Below, piece after piece: positions 37,478 through 48,379 of a stretch of DNA of 64,000 nt (positions within the stretch are counted from its first letter, which is position 1; the number at the start of each line of letters is the position of its first letter). Under the pieces are notes generated by a model. That model saw only the letters and a program-made list of their open reading frames with translations. It did no database searches and was not told the DNA's origin. This stretch comes from Daphnia carinata (lineage: Eukaryota): contig NC_081331.1 of the NCBI RefSeq assembly GCF_022539665.2, forward strand, positions 8,866,001 to 8,930,000. The letters run 5' to 3'. The position numbers were made by a program, and so were the translations under genes.

Positions 37478-38460
37478 CCAAAACAAGTGGACAGGAAGTA
37501 CTTCAAGTCTTTCCTGAAGACGGTAACATGGGCAAAGTTCTCCCGAAATATTTGAGCCGTTGGACGACCGAGAAGGTGATGGGTGAAGGTGTTCAGGTTT
37601 TACCCAAGACGCACGTTCAGGGAGCAACCATGGAAGATGATTAGGTGGTTTTGACCTTGCAGGATGGACCAAAGGTATCACTAGCTGCATAGTAGTCTTG
37701 TTTAAAGTGTAATTTGACATTTTTCTCAATTGTTTTCGTTAGATTAAAACAGACCATGTTGTTGTTGCTGTCGGTCTGGATACCAACACGGATTTGGCTA
37801 TCGCCTCTGGTTTGGAAATTGACCCCAATTTCGGCGGTTACAGAGTCGATGCTGAACTTGAAGCCCGTTCTAACGTCTGGGTGGTAGGCATTTCTGTTTA
37901 CGTAACGTTATTATGGTTATAAATTATGATTAAACATTTTCCAATATTGATTTCCATGATGTTGTTGCTAGATAGTATATGAAGCTATTGCAAACACAAG
38001 TTCTTCTGAAATGTGAGTTGCACAAAATTGAAACGGAATTTGTTTATGGAAATTTTCGGCTGGTTATGCTGCCTGCTTTTACGATATCAAACTGGGTCGT
38101 CGTCGTGTTGAACATCATGATCACGCTGTCGTGTCTGGTCGTTTAGTGGGAGAAAACATGACCTGCTCTGGCAAACCCTACTGGCACCAGTCCATGTTTT
38201 GGTCAGACTTGGGACCTCGTGTTGGCTATGAGGCCATCGGCATTGGAAACGATGGCCGTTTTTGCCAAATCGACGGCCGCAGACACCCCGAAAGCTGTCG
38301 TCGAAGCTACTGGCGAGGGTATTCGATCAGAAACGGAAAATGTACCATTGACTTTGTCCGATGAAATCTAAATTTTGTACTAATTTTTATTTTTATAATT
38401 CAAGGCTGCTACAGAACAATCTTCCATATGGCTTCCTCCCGTGCTGACGCCATCAAAACC
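37478..38460 (+). pseudogene. AIFM1: Apoptosis-inducing factor (AIF) internal gene fragment, 4 exons with introns
   Basis: Exons 37478-37674 ([28 protein letters not shown], stop TAG at 37642), 37743-37883 ([10 protein letters not shown]...[25 protein letters not shown]), 38059-38341 ([26 protein letters not shown]...[22 protein letters not shown], then a small deletion), and 38405 onward. One acceptor has lost its AG. Confidence 0.93.
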
Positions 38461-38795
38461 GCGCCGGGCTTAGAATTTGAGTAACTTTTTGTTTCATTAT
38501 TTGTATTTTGTAAAAATAAATGAAATGTAATTCTATTACAAAGAATTTATGGTTTTATTTTAATTGGAAGCTATTTCCATTACAAATTTTCCTGTGTCCT
38601 TTGGCTGCCGCGATCCGGACATTCCCCGGATGTTACAATACGTACGTTCACTGAACGTACGGATTTGCCATCCTGCAGACGTCCAACTAAGGACGTCCGT
38701 AGTACTCCCAACTAAGGGAACTTAAGGAAACAACCTGATAGATAAATGGTTTTGTTTCTTGGAGTTTCACCTACGAAACGATTTTTTGTTACCAG

Positions 38796-39315
38796 CTGGA
38801 AAATTTGTTACTCGACAAAGATGGACACATAAAGATTGCTGACTTTGTACTTTGTAAAGAGGATACCACGTACGGACGGACTGCCAAAACATTTGCTGAA
38901 CCCCCGAGTACCTTGCCCCCGAAAGTGCTTGGACGACAACGACTACGGGAGTGCAGTACGTTGGTGGGGCTTGGGTGTTGTCATGTATGAGCTCATTTGC
39001 GGTCACTTTCCGTTTTACGACCGGGATCGCGACATTCTCTTTGACCGTATTCTTTTGGAAGAAGTTAGATTCCCTCGAACACTATTGCAGGAAGCGAAAG
39101 ATCTTCTTGGTGGGCTTTTAGCAAAGGATCTACATAAGAGATTAGGAGACGACCCGGAAGATTATCAAGAAATCATTCTACATCCATTTTTCCTACCGAT
39201 TTCTTGGACAGATCTAGTTCAAGGGAAGGTACGTAGGCGTGCAGGTTGTACTTGAATGTTTTGATTTTACCCTGTCTCCTACACGCAGATTCCACCACCG
39301 TCCAAGCCGCAAGTG
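38796..39315 (+). pseudogene. Akt: Akt/PKB kinase-domain gene fragment, 2 exons
   Basis: Exon 38796-39228 [18 protein letters not shown](G>V)LCKE...[16 protein letters not shown]...[12 protein letters not shown]; frameshifts around [16 protein letters not shown] intron 39229-39288; microexon 39289-39315 IPPPSKPQV. Confidence 0.9.
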
Positions 39316-40725
39316 GTAAGTGAAAGACATCCGATAATTCTGTATCTATGCTTATGCTCAATGAGAGAAATAAACTATTTGTACAATTGATAAAACTCTT
39401 ACGAATGTTTGCGTAATCCATTTTTAATTACTTAATACTTAAATTGAAAATTCCTAAAGGAACAAAGAAATTGAAATAGGACTATTTCTAAGGAGAAATA
39501 GGACTAATGCCGAGGAGAAATAGGACTGATGCCATGGAGAAATAGGACTGTCCTAAAAGTTACTAAAAGTCAGTCCTATTTCTCCCAGTCCTATTTCTCC
39601 GGTAGAAATAGGACTAGAAATTTTCAGTCCTATTTCACCGGCTACCAAACATTTTTGTGCTACTTTTGACAAGTAATGCCAAAATCGTATAAATATCCTA
39701 CATCAATCGACTTATTTTTGCACTGTGCGTCGATTGATGTAAAAATATTGAAAAAAATCAAAACGCAAAAATTTCAATAACCGTTTTCTCGGTATTGTAA
39801 TTTGTTTTATAATTTGCTCTTTGGATAACTTGTGTAACCCCCTTATAGTTTATAATTCGCCTAACTGATGTCCTAATAGAACACTTATTAGTTACCATTC
39901 GTTAGGCGAAAAAATGTATATTTTTTTGTCCCAAATTAGCAGGAACCGTGCCTATGTCCCAATTCGCTTTTTTATCCTGCACACGTACGGACATCAGAAT
40001 GAAATTTCGCTAGTTGACCTCAGGCGAGATGCTTAAGGTAGATTGCTCACAGTTTTGTGTGAGTGTATCAATCAATGTAACATCAAATGAAATGAAATCT
40101 ACAATTACTTACAGCGTATTGGAACATGTGAAAACGACGATTTTCAGTCCAGTACATTATTCCATCGATACTAAGAAAGATTTTCGCCTTATATCTGGAT
40201 TGAACCACTGCAATACGTGTCTCAATCTGACATTGTAATGCTGAAAATTACTTCTTGAAACATTATGCTATAGATACCTATCACCTTTATCAAATCTGTA
40301 CCTGGTCTTTCCGCGCCGCAAACCGATACAAACCGCTTACGACCTATAAAGACTAAACGTTGCATCAGTATATAACAGTTTTTTTTTCATTCAGCCTCCA
40401 TGAACTAAACGATTAGATACATATCTACAATAAATTTTTTTTAAAAGTAGTAGCTCAGCAGTATACTGTTGGATTCAGACAAGGATTGAAGTGTTTCGAT
40501 TCCGATATGTGGCGAAAATGATTTCTTAGTGCTATAGAGTTGATGAAGACCAAAGCGGGTTATGGAGGGTGCCTATCTGTTTATTAGACATTTTTCAGCT
40601 TAGCCGGGGGGGGGAGGGGGTTGGGAATCTGGCAAAAAAACAGTATACACTACTTTTTCCAGATACTGTTCATAACACCTGGGGCATTGATAAAAGGTGT
40701 TTATACTATAGACACCTTTTATTTT

Positions 40726-42228
40726 GGTTGGAAGCGGTACTTTTAAATAGTACCGCTACCGCGGTAGCTTTACTTCAATTTTCGCAAAAGTAAAGCGGTA
40801 GCGGTACTACCGCGGTAATTTTTTTCCAAGTAACGCACGGTAACGGTAGCTGTAAATTTTTTTTTTGCATAATACGATCAAACATGAAAATCACTTCTGT
40901 ATTGATGTGATTTTACCATAACGAACTGTTGGCCCTTAAAACCAGTCAGCCATATTGCAGAGCCATTTTTCTTGATTCAGGTTTCCTTCGAGCCTTATCT
41001 TTTTCTTTCGAAGGAAACAATTATCGCACTTCTCACAGTATCGTTTTGTTTTGACTCCAAGACGAGTGCATAGTATGCACAAAAAAAAAATCTAAATTTC
41101 GGTCTCGTAATGTAATTAAGACGTAAAATTCGTAGGTTGCCACTTTACGATAGTTTTGTTTGAGTTTCTTTTAATGTTGCTGCAGTTCCTTGTGTTTTCA
41201 GGAAAGAACTACTTCGTTTCAATTTGAAATTCGTTTCACTTGGTAATGTCAGTTTCTTTGCATGGAAAATTGAAATTTTCAATATTTTCTTTGTTATGTT
41301 TAATTTAAGGTGTTTTGTGATGTTGCCTCTTAAATTGTCTACTGCTGATAGTGCCTTTGGCTTTACTTTGCACTGTCCAATAAGGCATACATCATACGAA
41401 GTTCCCTTTCTCTTGCCTGGTCCAACTTACTTGATAAGCGTTTCAGGATAGAGAATGATACGTTTTTCACCATCTAAAATTGAACTTGGATTTATAATGT
41501 GAATTAATTTGGTTGGCTTAAAGTTTGTTTCATGTTTCATTTTCTCACCTATTTTCCCTTTTGTTTTTGAACGTGTAGAACTAGTTTTCGCCTCACCACT
41601 GTTGGTGGATATGTCAAAAGATGGTTCAGATCCATACTTGAATCAACTTCGGAAATGTAATTATCATTAGTAGGAAATTCAAAATCACTAATTTTGAATA
41701 GAAAAAAGTTCATTAAACATAAGGCTAAAATAAACTAGACTATCATAACCTCTATCTCTCTTTAAGTACAAACGAAAGTAACAGCAACATTTTTTACAAT
41801 ATTCTATGGATGGCTGCAATACTTCAAAATTTTAAATACTGCTGCAATAGCAGCCATAAAACATTCCTAGTACTAGCCTAGATAAACCTGCAAAAGTGAG
41901 AATGCAACTTGTGAAGGGTACCATAGTAGCATTTGTCCGAAATTTAGACGTATTTGATTGAGCGAGGTTCCTCAAACCCTGTGAACAACTAGGGAAATAG
42001 GAATAAAAAACGTTTTGAAATATTTACTTGAAATGCAGTCTGCTAAAAACAGGAAAAAATGAATAGTCATATCGCTAGATGGCGTAAAAGTACCGTTACC
42101 GATTTGTGGTATTTTTTACTAGCGGTAACGGTAGCGGTAACCATTGGAAAAAAATATCGCGGTAGCGGTAATACCGCATTACCGCGGTACTATCGCGGTA
42201 TTTTTTTTAACGCGGTAATCCAACCCTG
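40726..42228. mobile_element. Non-autonomous hAT-like element
   Basis: Right end ...CAACCCTG (CAGGGTTG-type TIR); left end GGTTGG, eroded; dense (T)ACCGC/GCGGTA subterminal repeats at 40730-40850 and 42088-42218; no TSD recognised. Confidence 0.6.
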
Positions 42229-45200
42229 GTGTAAGATGAACCAATGGCCCTGACTAAGGCGAATATCTGAATAAATTTTCTCCTCTGAAACTACAGGTGC
42301 TGGTTATTGTAGATGACGTGGCTTGAGAGATTCCAGATATCTGGCGCGGTCAGTGTTTGACTGAATGTTTGCGATTCCAATGGCGTAAAATCTTGGCAGA
42401 TATCGGCTTGCTACAGCGTAGAAACCTCTCTCGTAGTAGTCTAGTTTGTCATCTATTGTTACTCCAGGTGGGAGAGGTTGATATTCTCTAGTAGGAGTGG
42501 GGTGAAGAGGTGCAGGTCGTTCCCCAAACTTAAATTGCGCATGAAAGTACCCAAGTCTTCTAATCTTAATTAGATACTGTTAAAAAAGGTTAGTAACGGG
42601 TTTTAAAGTGTAAATCTAAACTTAGTTTACGTTGAGCCTTTGGGTGTCAGCCCAAGTGAGTGGCCCGTATTCTCTATTCATGGCAAGGTATAAGATTTCT
42701 TGAAAAATAGCTGTGGGTAGTGAAATGGTTGTTAGTTAATGTAAAAGAAAGGCTTAAACCGTCACACTTGTTTAAGGTAGTGGCATAAAAATTTCCTTAA
42801 CACGTGTTTCTTGTCAACACGTGTGTGAATGTAATATTCAAGCAGCCTAACGTCTAATTTGGACGATTTCCTCAATTCAAATGGTTTCGAAGGACCATGT
42901 AACATATTCTAAACCTAAGGGAAAGCTTTAAATTAAATTAACTTAACACTTAATACCTTAATAATACGTTGGTAGGGAGAAATACACTTTTAGACTTCAC
43001 TAGTACTTTTATTCGAACTTTCAGAAACTTACAAAAAAAAACGTCTGGTTGTGACAAGTGGAAATAGAAAAGTCGGCCATTGCCGACATCGGGCACCAAG
43101 AAGGCTCTGTTAAACAGCGCCCCTAGCAGCATACACAAATAATATTAGAAATAATACAAACTAAATATCAAAAACAGCAGGTCTTCGCACGGGCCTTCCG
43201 AATCTAGAAACGCCCTGGTTGCTCTTCTGTTCAGAATCCGCAACAACACTGAAATGTTTTCCATAGTGCTTCATGTGGACAAGACCTTCTTTTGATTTCA
43301 CGAAATTCTGGACTAAGTCATAAATAACAGCTTAGTTTCCGTCAAAGGCAATGGCCGAAAAGTAAACATACATAACATAATATAAATATAACACGTTAAT
43401 TGCAAGTGGCTCTAACTAATATATTGTATTTCCTTTTTTTCTGCATTAGAAATAGCAAAGCTCATTAGCCAATAAATCATGGCTAAAATTTGTGTTAACA
43501 CGCCCAACAGAGTGCATGCTCCATGTTCCTATCCAGCAGGAGCTTCCTGCTGCTCCCGTTCAAGACTGCTTAGCTGGTTTAGTCAGTATGTCCCGCGAGG
43601 AACTGTCTGATATTGCAGCCGATAATGTTTCCTATTGGCCAAACAAGGAAAGCTGGAATGTCACCTTTCGAAGACGATATCTTGTTTGACTAAGACTCAG
43701 AATAACACGACATTGTTTTCTTTCTCTATTGTTTTTTTTTTGTTCTATATCAAAGCAGAACCAGTAAATCAAAATTGTCTTATGTAGTATGTAGTAAATT
43801 GTCTTATGTATATGTAGTACTCCCTCTCGGATTTGTAACTTTTTTTGCTTCCGTAAATCCCAGTAAAAACAGTAATTTAAGAATCTCTTGTACATATTCC
43901 ATTTCGATATTTGCTCGCAAGATTTGTAAATATTTGTCTTCTAAACATAATTTTCGCTGTTTTTTTTTTATCCGTAATTTGTTTTTTTTTTACGAAGAAG
44001 AGAAAATGATTATTGATGAAAAATTTGACCTTCAGTGGTATGTAGTTGTGACTGGATTCACTACCTTCATTGCATCTAGCACATTGATCAAATTGGCATT
44101 CTTCGTACTGTGGGAGTCGGCCAAATAACGCGTCGTCATCAATGTTATCATCCTTGCTTTTCAATGACGTGGAAAATAGTACAAAATTATTTAGCATATC
44201 TCAAGTACTAAAAAACATAATGTGAATTGTTAAATCCTAGACAACCGATGCTACCAAAAACAACAAGGTGTTCTCCTTTGACAAAAAATCATCTTAAAAT
44301 GAAAATCTAGCAGATTCTCATCGATTGTCGTGTCATCGTTATGAAGCAAATTTAGAACAAATTTCAGTTTTAAAATTATTCAGCAATAAATACATTTAAC
44401 AGCTATCAATAACACCCTCGAATTGGTTCTTTAACGATGGACAACAATAACATACAATACTTATAAATGTAATGCTCCTATAATTTCGACAAGTATTAGT
44501 ATTAATCAGATTCTATGATGGTAGGTGTTCTATCGTCTTTCTCTGTTTCTATAAACAGTGGAAAAGTTATCAAGATATTTTTAGAAGACTATAGCAGGTA
44601 ATAACCCTATTGTTTATGTTCTCGTGCACTGAAATTTTCTATCCCACACGACACATCTCCTTCCTGGGAACGTCCTAAAAGGCTCTTAGCCTCCCCAACG
44701 CATCAATCATACCGTTGAGATGTACTGAGGAGGGCCACAAGAGGCTGGAAAATTGTGGAGAAACATGCCATTATTTTCAATTCAAGAAATTGTTGGTGAT
44801 ATGCTCAGGAGTGCTTTAGGAGATCCCTCCATGAAAGTAAGACTCGTGAGTTTTAAAGTATCACCAAGACATTTGGCTCAAGTAGAATTGTTAGATAATG
44901 TAAATATTGGGGTTTACCATTTCAAATTAGAATTAAAAATTAGAAATTTAGAATTGGGTAACGATAGTAGTATGAAATAGTAAAAAATTTATGAAATTGG
45001 AAAAGTTTCTTATGACCACTATAAAGTGCAATATAAGTAATAAGTATTTCTGATTTTGCTCTAATAGTATTTTGTTAAATGAACTCTATTAAATACAATA
45101 TAGTTCATGTTCTCCTGTAATTTTAATTAAAATAGCATAAGGAAAAAAGGTTTTGTGAACCATTTAAGTAATGGGTAAACACCATCGGTACTTTAAAAAG

Positions 45201-45283
45201 GAAAATGCATATAACCCGACGTTTTTTACGCAATATATTGCCTACCGAATTGGAGGGTCATCGTTCCAATTGGAACGATTTTT

Positions 45284-45398
45284 GAAAATAGTCCTATCTC
45301 TATAGAGAAATAGGACTAATACCTTGGTAAAATAGGACTGACCTAAAATATTTCAAGAGTCTGTCCTATTTCATCGCCAATTCCAATAAAAAATCAAG
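45284..45398. mobile_element. Subterminal-repeat relic related to the 35226-39646 element
   Basis: GAGAAATAGGACT...AAATAGGACTGACCTAAAA...GTCCTATTTC mirrors 39536-39600. Confidence 0.6.
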
Positions 45399-45678
45399 AT
45401 TTTAAATGTGAATAAACCATTTCAAATATTCTATTGTCCTTTAATATTCATTTTTTATTTTAATTACATTTAAATGCTTGGTTCTATAATTGGTTCTGTA
45501 TTGGTTCTATTCTATATGCTAATACCATGGGAGGTTGTTGGTACTACCTGAGGATGATGCAAGAGGGACTAAGGAGCCTGTCAGGCAGCTACCAGGTAAC
45601 CAAAAAGAAGGTTGTAAGAGGAATCGAGGACGGTTATGGGGAAGACTGGGGAGGATAGCAGGATGTTCTGCGGAGGTA

Positions 45679-46735
45679 CAGTACCCACCAAACGATTAGG
45701 TACACCCCTCTTTTTTCAATGTATTCTTATGGCGCTGGGGTACTCAGAGTTTTTTTTAACAAAATCATGATTTGTGCCGGCGTCACTAGAGGCGCTGGGG
45801 ATCAAATAGTACCCTCTTACTTTTTATGATTCTGTTTTTACTGTAATGATTTCTAGGGGGAGAGAAACACTTTCTTTATTTAAAAACCTGATTGTTTTAT
45901 TTTATTTCATTGCCTTCTTTATTTGTCTCCCGGTAAAACCCATTAAAATATCGTTAGATGCCACAACTCTACAAAAGTGCGAGAGTACTTGAAATTTTAT
46001 AACCAGCGCCTCTAGTGACGCCGGCACAAATCATGATTTTGTTAAAAAAAACTCTGAGTACCCCAACTTTGGGATATAGGGAAGTATTTTTTTCAGTTGG
46101 TATAATTTTTTTAAAAAAATTTCTTCAAGTAGAGTAATAAACGGCGCGTCGTTTGAAAAAAAAACTTAATTTTAACTTGTTCCGAAGTATTTTATTTCGA
46201 TTGTAGAAAACGCCGGTTTTAACATGGCGTTTGCTGCGTCTCCACCAATTGTGACGGCTACTGCCGCACTTCACTAAAAAGACGGACTCACAGCGCTTTT
46301 TGAAAATGTCTCACTCGTAGGCTCTCCTATTTAAGGTCGTTACCCGCCGCGGGAAGTAAAGAAGATCACGTATATAACCTCTGACGTAGAGAGGAAGGCT
46401 GCACGAGGCGTCCTATTTAAAGAAACGTGGATGTCATCGAATTGACAATATTTCAAGAGTCAGTCCTATTTCATCGCCAATTCCAATAAAAAATCAAGGT
46501 GGGGTTAGTTGAGTGTACCTAATGTGTGAACGATACTTTACCGCCCTAAGTGTAACTCCTATATTTTTTTCGTGTGTGTAAAACTTGTAGAGTGTTATTT
46601 CTCCTGATAGAGGAAAAAAGAAAAAAAAAATCTAGCTCTAACTGTTAAAAAGATATTTAAGTTTTCCCGAGACACGTAGCGCCATAAGAATACATTGAAA
46701 AAAGAGGGGTGTACCTAATCGTTTGGTGGGTACTG
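45679..46735. mobile_element. Tc1/mariner-type MITE with composite interior
   Basis: Perfect ~58-bp TIRs CAGTACCCACCAAACG...ATGGCGCT (45679-45736 and 46678-46735); TA on both flanks, within a palindromic AGGTACCT target. Confidence 0.85.
45736..46065. mobile_element. Nested MITE-like inverted repeat, ~62-bp perfect arms
   Basis: GGGGTACTCAGAG...CTAGAGGCGCTGG (45737-45798) and its reverse complement (46003-46064). Confidence 0.8.
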
Positions 46736-48379
46736 TACCTAGGAGCCAGTTGTGCCGTGTGGGATGAATAACATTTTTTATACCATTTGGTATAATTGAT
46801 ATAAGAAACCGCAATTATTGTAGTGTTTAAAAACAATTGTTACATAAGGCAGTAAGTCTTGAAAGGATGTCACTGCGTTTCGCCAAAATAATAGAGAACA
46901 GACTTTTTGAATGGAGATTTGAACGAAAGTTTGTGGAAACGTCGTATGTAAAACTAGTTTCACAGACGAATTGGCCAAATATGGAAATAGGCTTGTTATG
47001 TATACTCATCTAATATTCACTAATAAGAGATAGTCTATGGCTAGTTAAATTTATTTGGCAAAACAGTAACCTAAATTTTAAAGGGATGATAGGAGAACAT
47101 ATTCCAGTGTCCTTAAGAAAAGAGAGGAAGTTTATGGAAAGAGCCTATGGAAAAAGGCTGCTCCACCAAGTACAATAATTTTCTCTCGAAAATTTCAAAA
47201 TTCCTTGTAACGAATCTTTATCTATTTACGCCTTTTTAACATTTCAACATTTCAAGGTGTTGATTGAAACTTTTTGTATTTTGTCCATTTTATAATTGAT
47301 TTCCTTGTTTATTAGCAAAAGGTTATTATTAACAGAAGGTGTGAGACGTTTTGAAAATACGGTTTCAACTTATGTTTCATGTGGTGCTAGAATAGATGAA
47401 TGTTACATTTACCGCAAATCTACACCCAGCCCATTGCCTACCATCCCACCTACGTCTATTCCGTCCTATTGCTACTGCGCTACTTCTTCTACATCTTGTC
47501 CTTCTCAGACAAAATAGGTTACAATAATGAATAATACAGAATACAGATGGATAATACCAGAGATAAGGAGATAGGACACGACCGTATTAAAGACACCACG
47601 ACACATTTTGGCACAGCATCTAGTGGCTAATTCCCTCCCTTCAACATTACCAGACAAATTCCCAGCAAGTAAAGAATGTGCCGGGTGGCTGATTCAAGTG
47701 GAAAGTCAGAAATTCGCCAGATAAGAACACACAACGAAAGTTCTGTGACTCATTACACGGAGGGCGAAGAAAATTCGAAGAATCGAGAGGGGCCGAGTTT
47801 TGGAATTTTTTGGCTTAGAATTAATTTCCATGGGACCTGTTAGCTTTTAATCGAATTTTTCCCTGCGAATATACACAGCCTTAGTTTTTCAGTTGTCCTC
47901 AATAGTTCTAGACGTGTTTTTCTTCTTCTCTTTGTGTAGAATGTACAAATGGTTTCAACAGTAATGCCGATAACTGCAATTCACAGGAACACCTGTGTTT
48001 TCCTTTCTTTTAGAAGATTGAATTATGGTCTGTAACGAAACATAAAATAATTAAAAGAAATCCATGCATGAAAGTAGTTCAATTTGCTTTATCGGCTAAG
48101 AGCGCATTTTGGCGTCCACCTTTAGTTCAACGAGGTAGACTACCCTTAGGGTTCAAAGATGGAGCGCATTTTTTACGTATCTTTTTTTGTAAATGAAAAA
48201 TAATGCAACCTTGTTGATCAGACCTAAAATAAAATAAATTTTTCTTTTACTTTATTTAAAACTGTATGACTTTTATTTCAATTTCAATCGGAGTGACAAG
48301 TCATTTTAATGAAAGTGAAATCGAAAAACTTATTCGGAAGATGGAATGCTGGAATGGAATGAAAATTGCCACACAAGTA

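Larger units (their letters stand above)
35226..39646. mobile_element. Non-autonomous TIR DNA transposon with captured host gene fragments (Pack-type; Mutator/Phantom-like by architecture)
   Basis: Left end GATTGCCGGAGAAATAGG versus right end (reverse complement) GGTAGCCGGTGAAATAGG. Arrays of GGAGAAATAGGAC subterminal repeats in both orientations at 35231-35336 and 39472-39640. 7-bp direct flank AAACATT at 35219-35225 and 39647-39653. Confidence 0.85.

Noticed and set aside
42250..45000. Coding-like fragments on both strands (also 46770-47500 and 57250-58000)
   Set aside because: No motif I can recognise and no consistent gene model; left unannotated.
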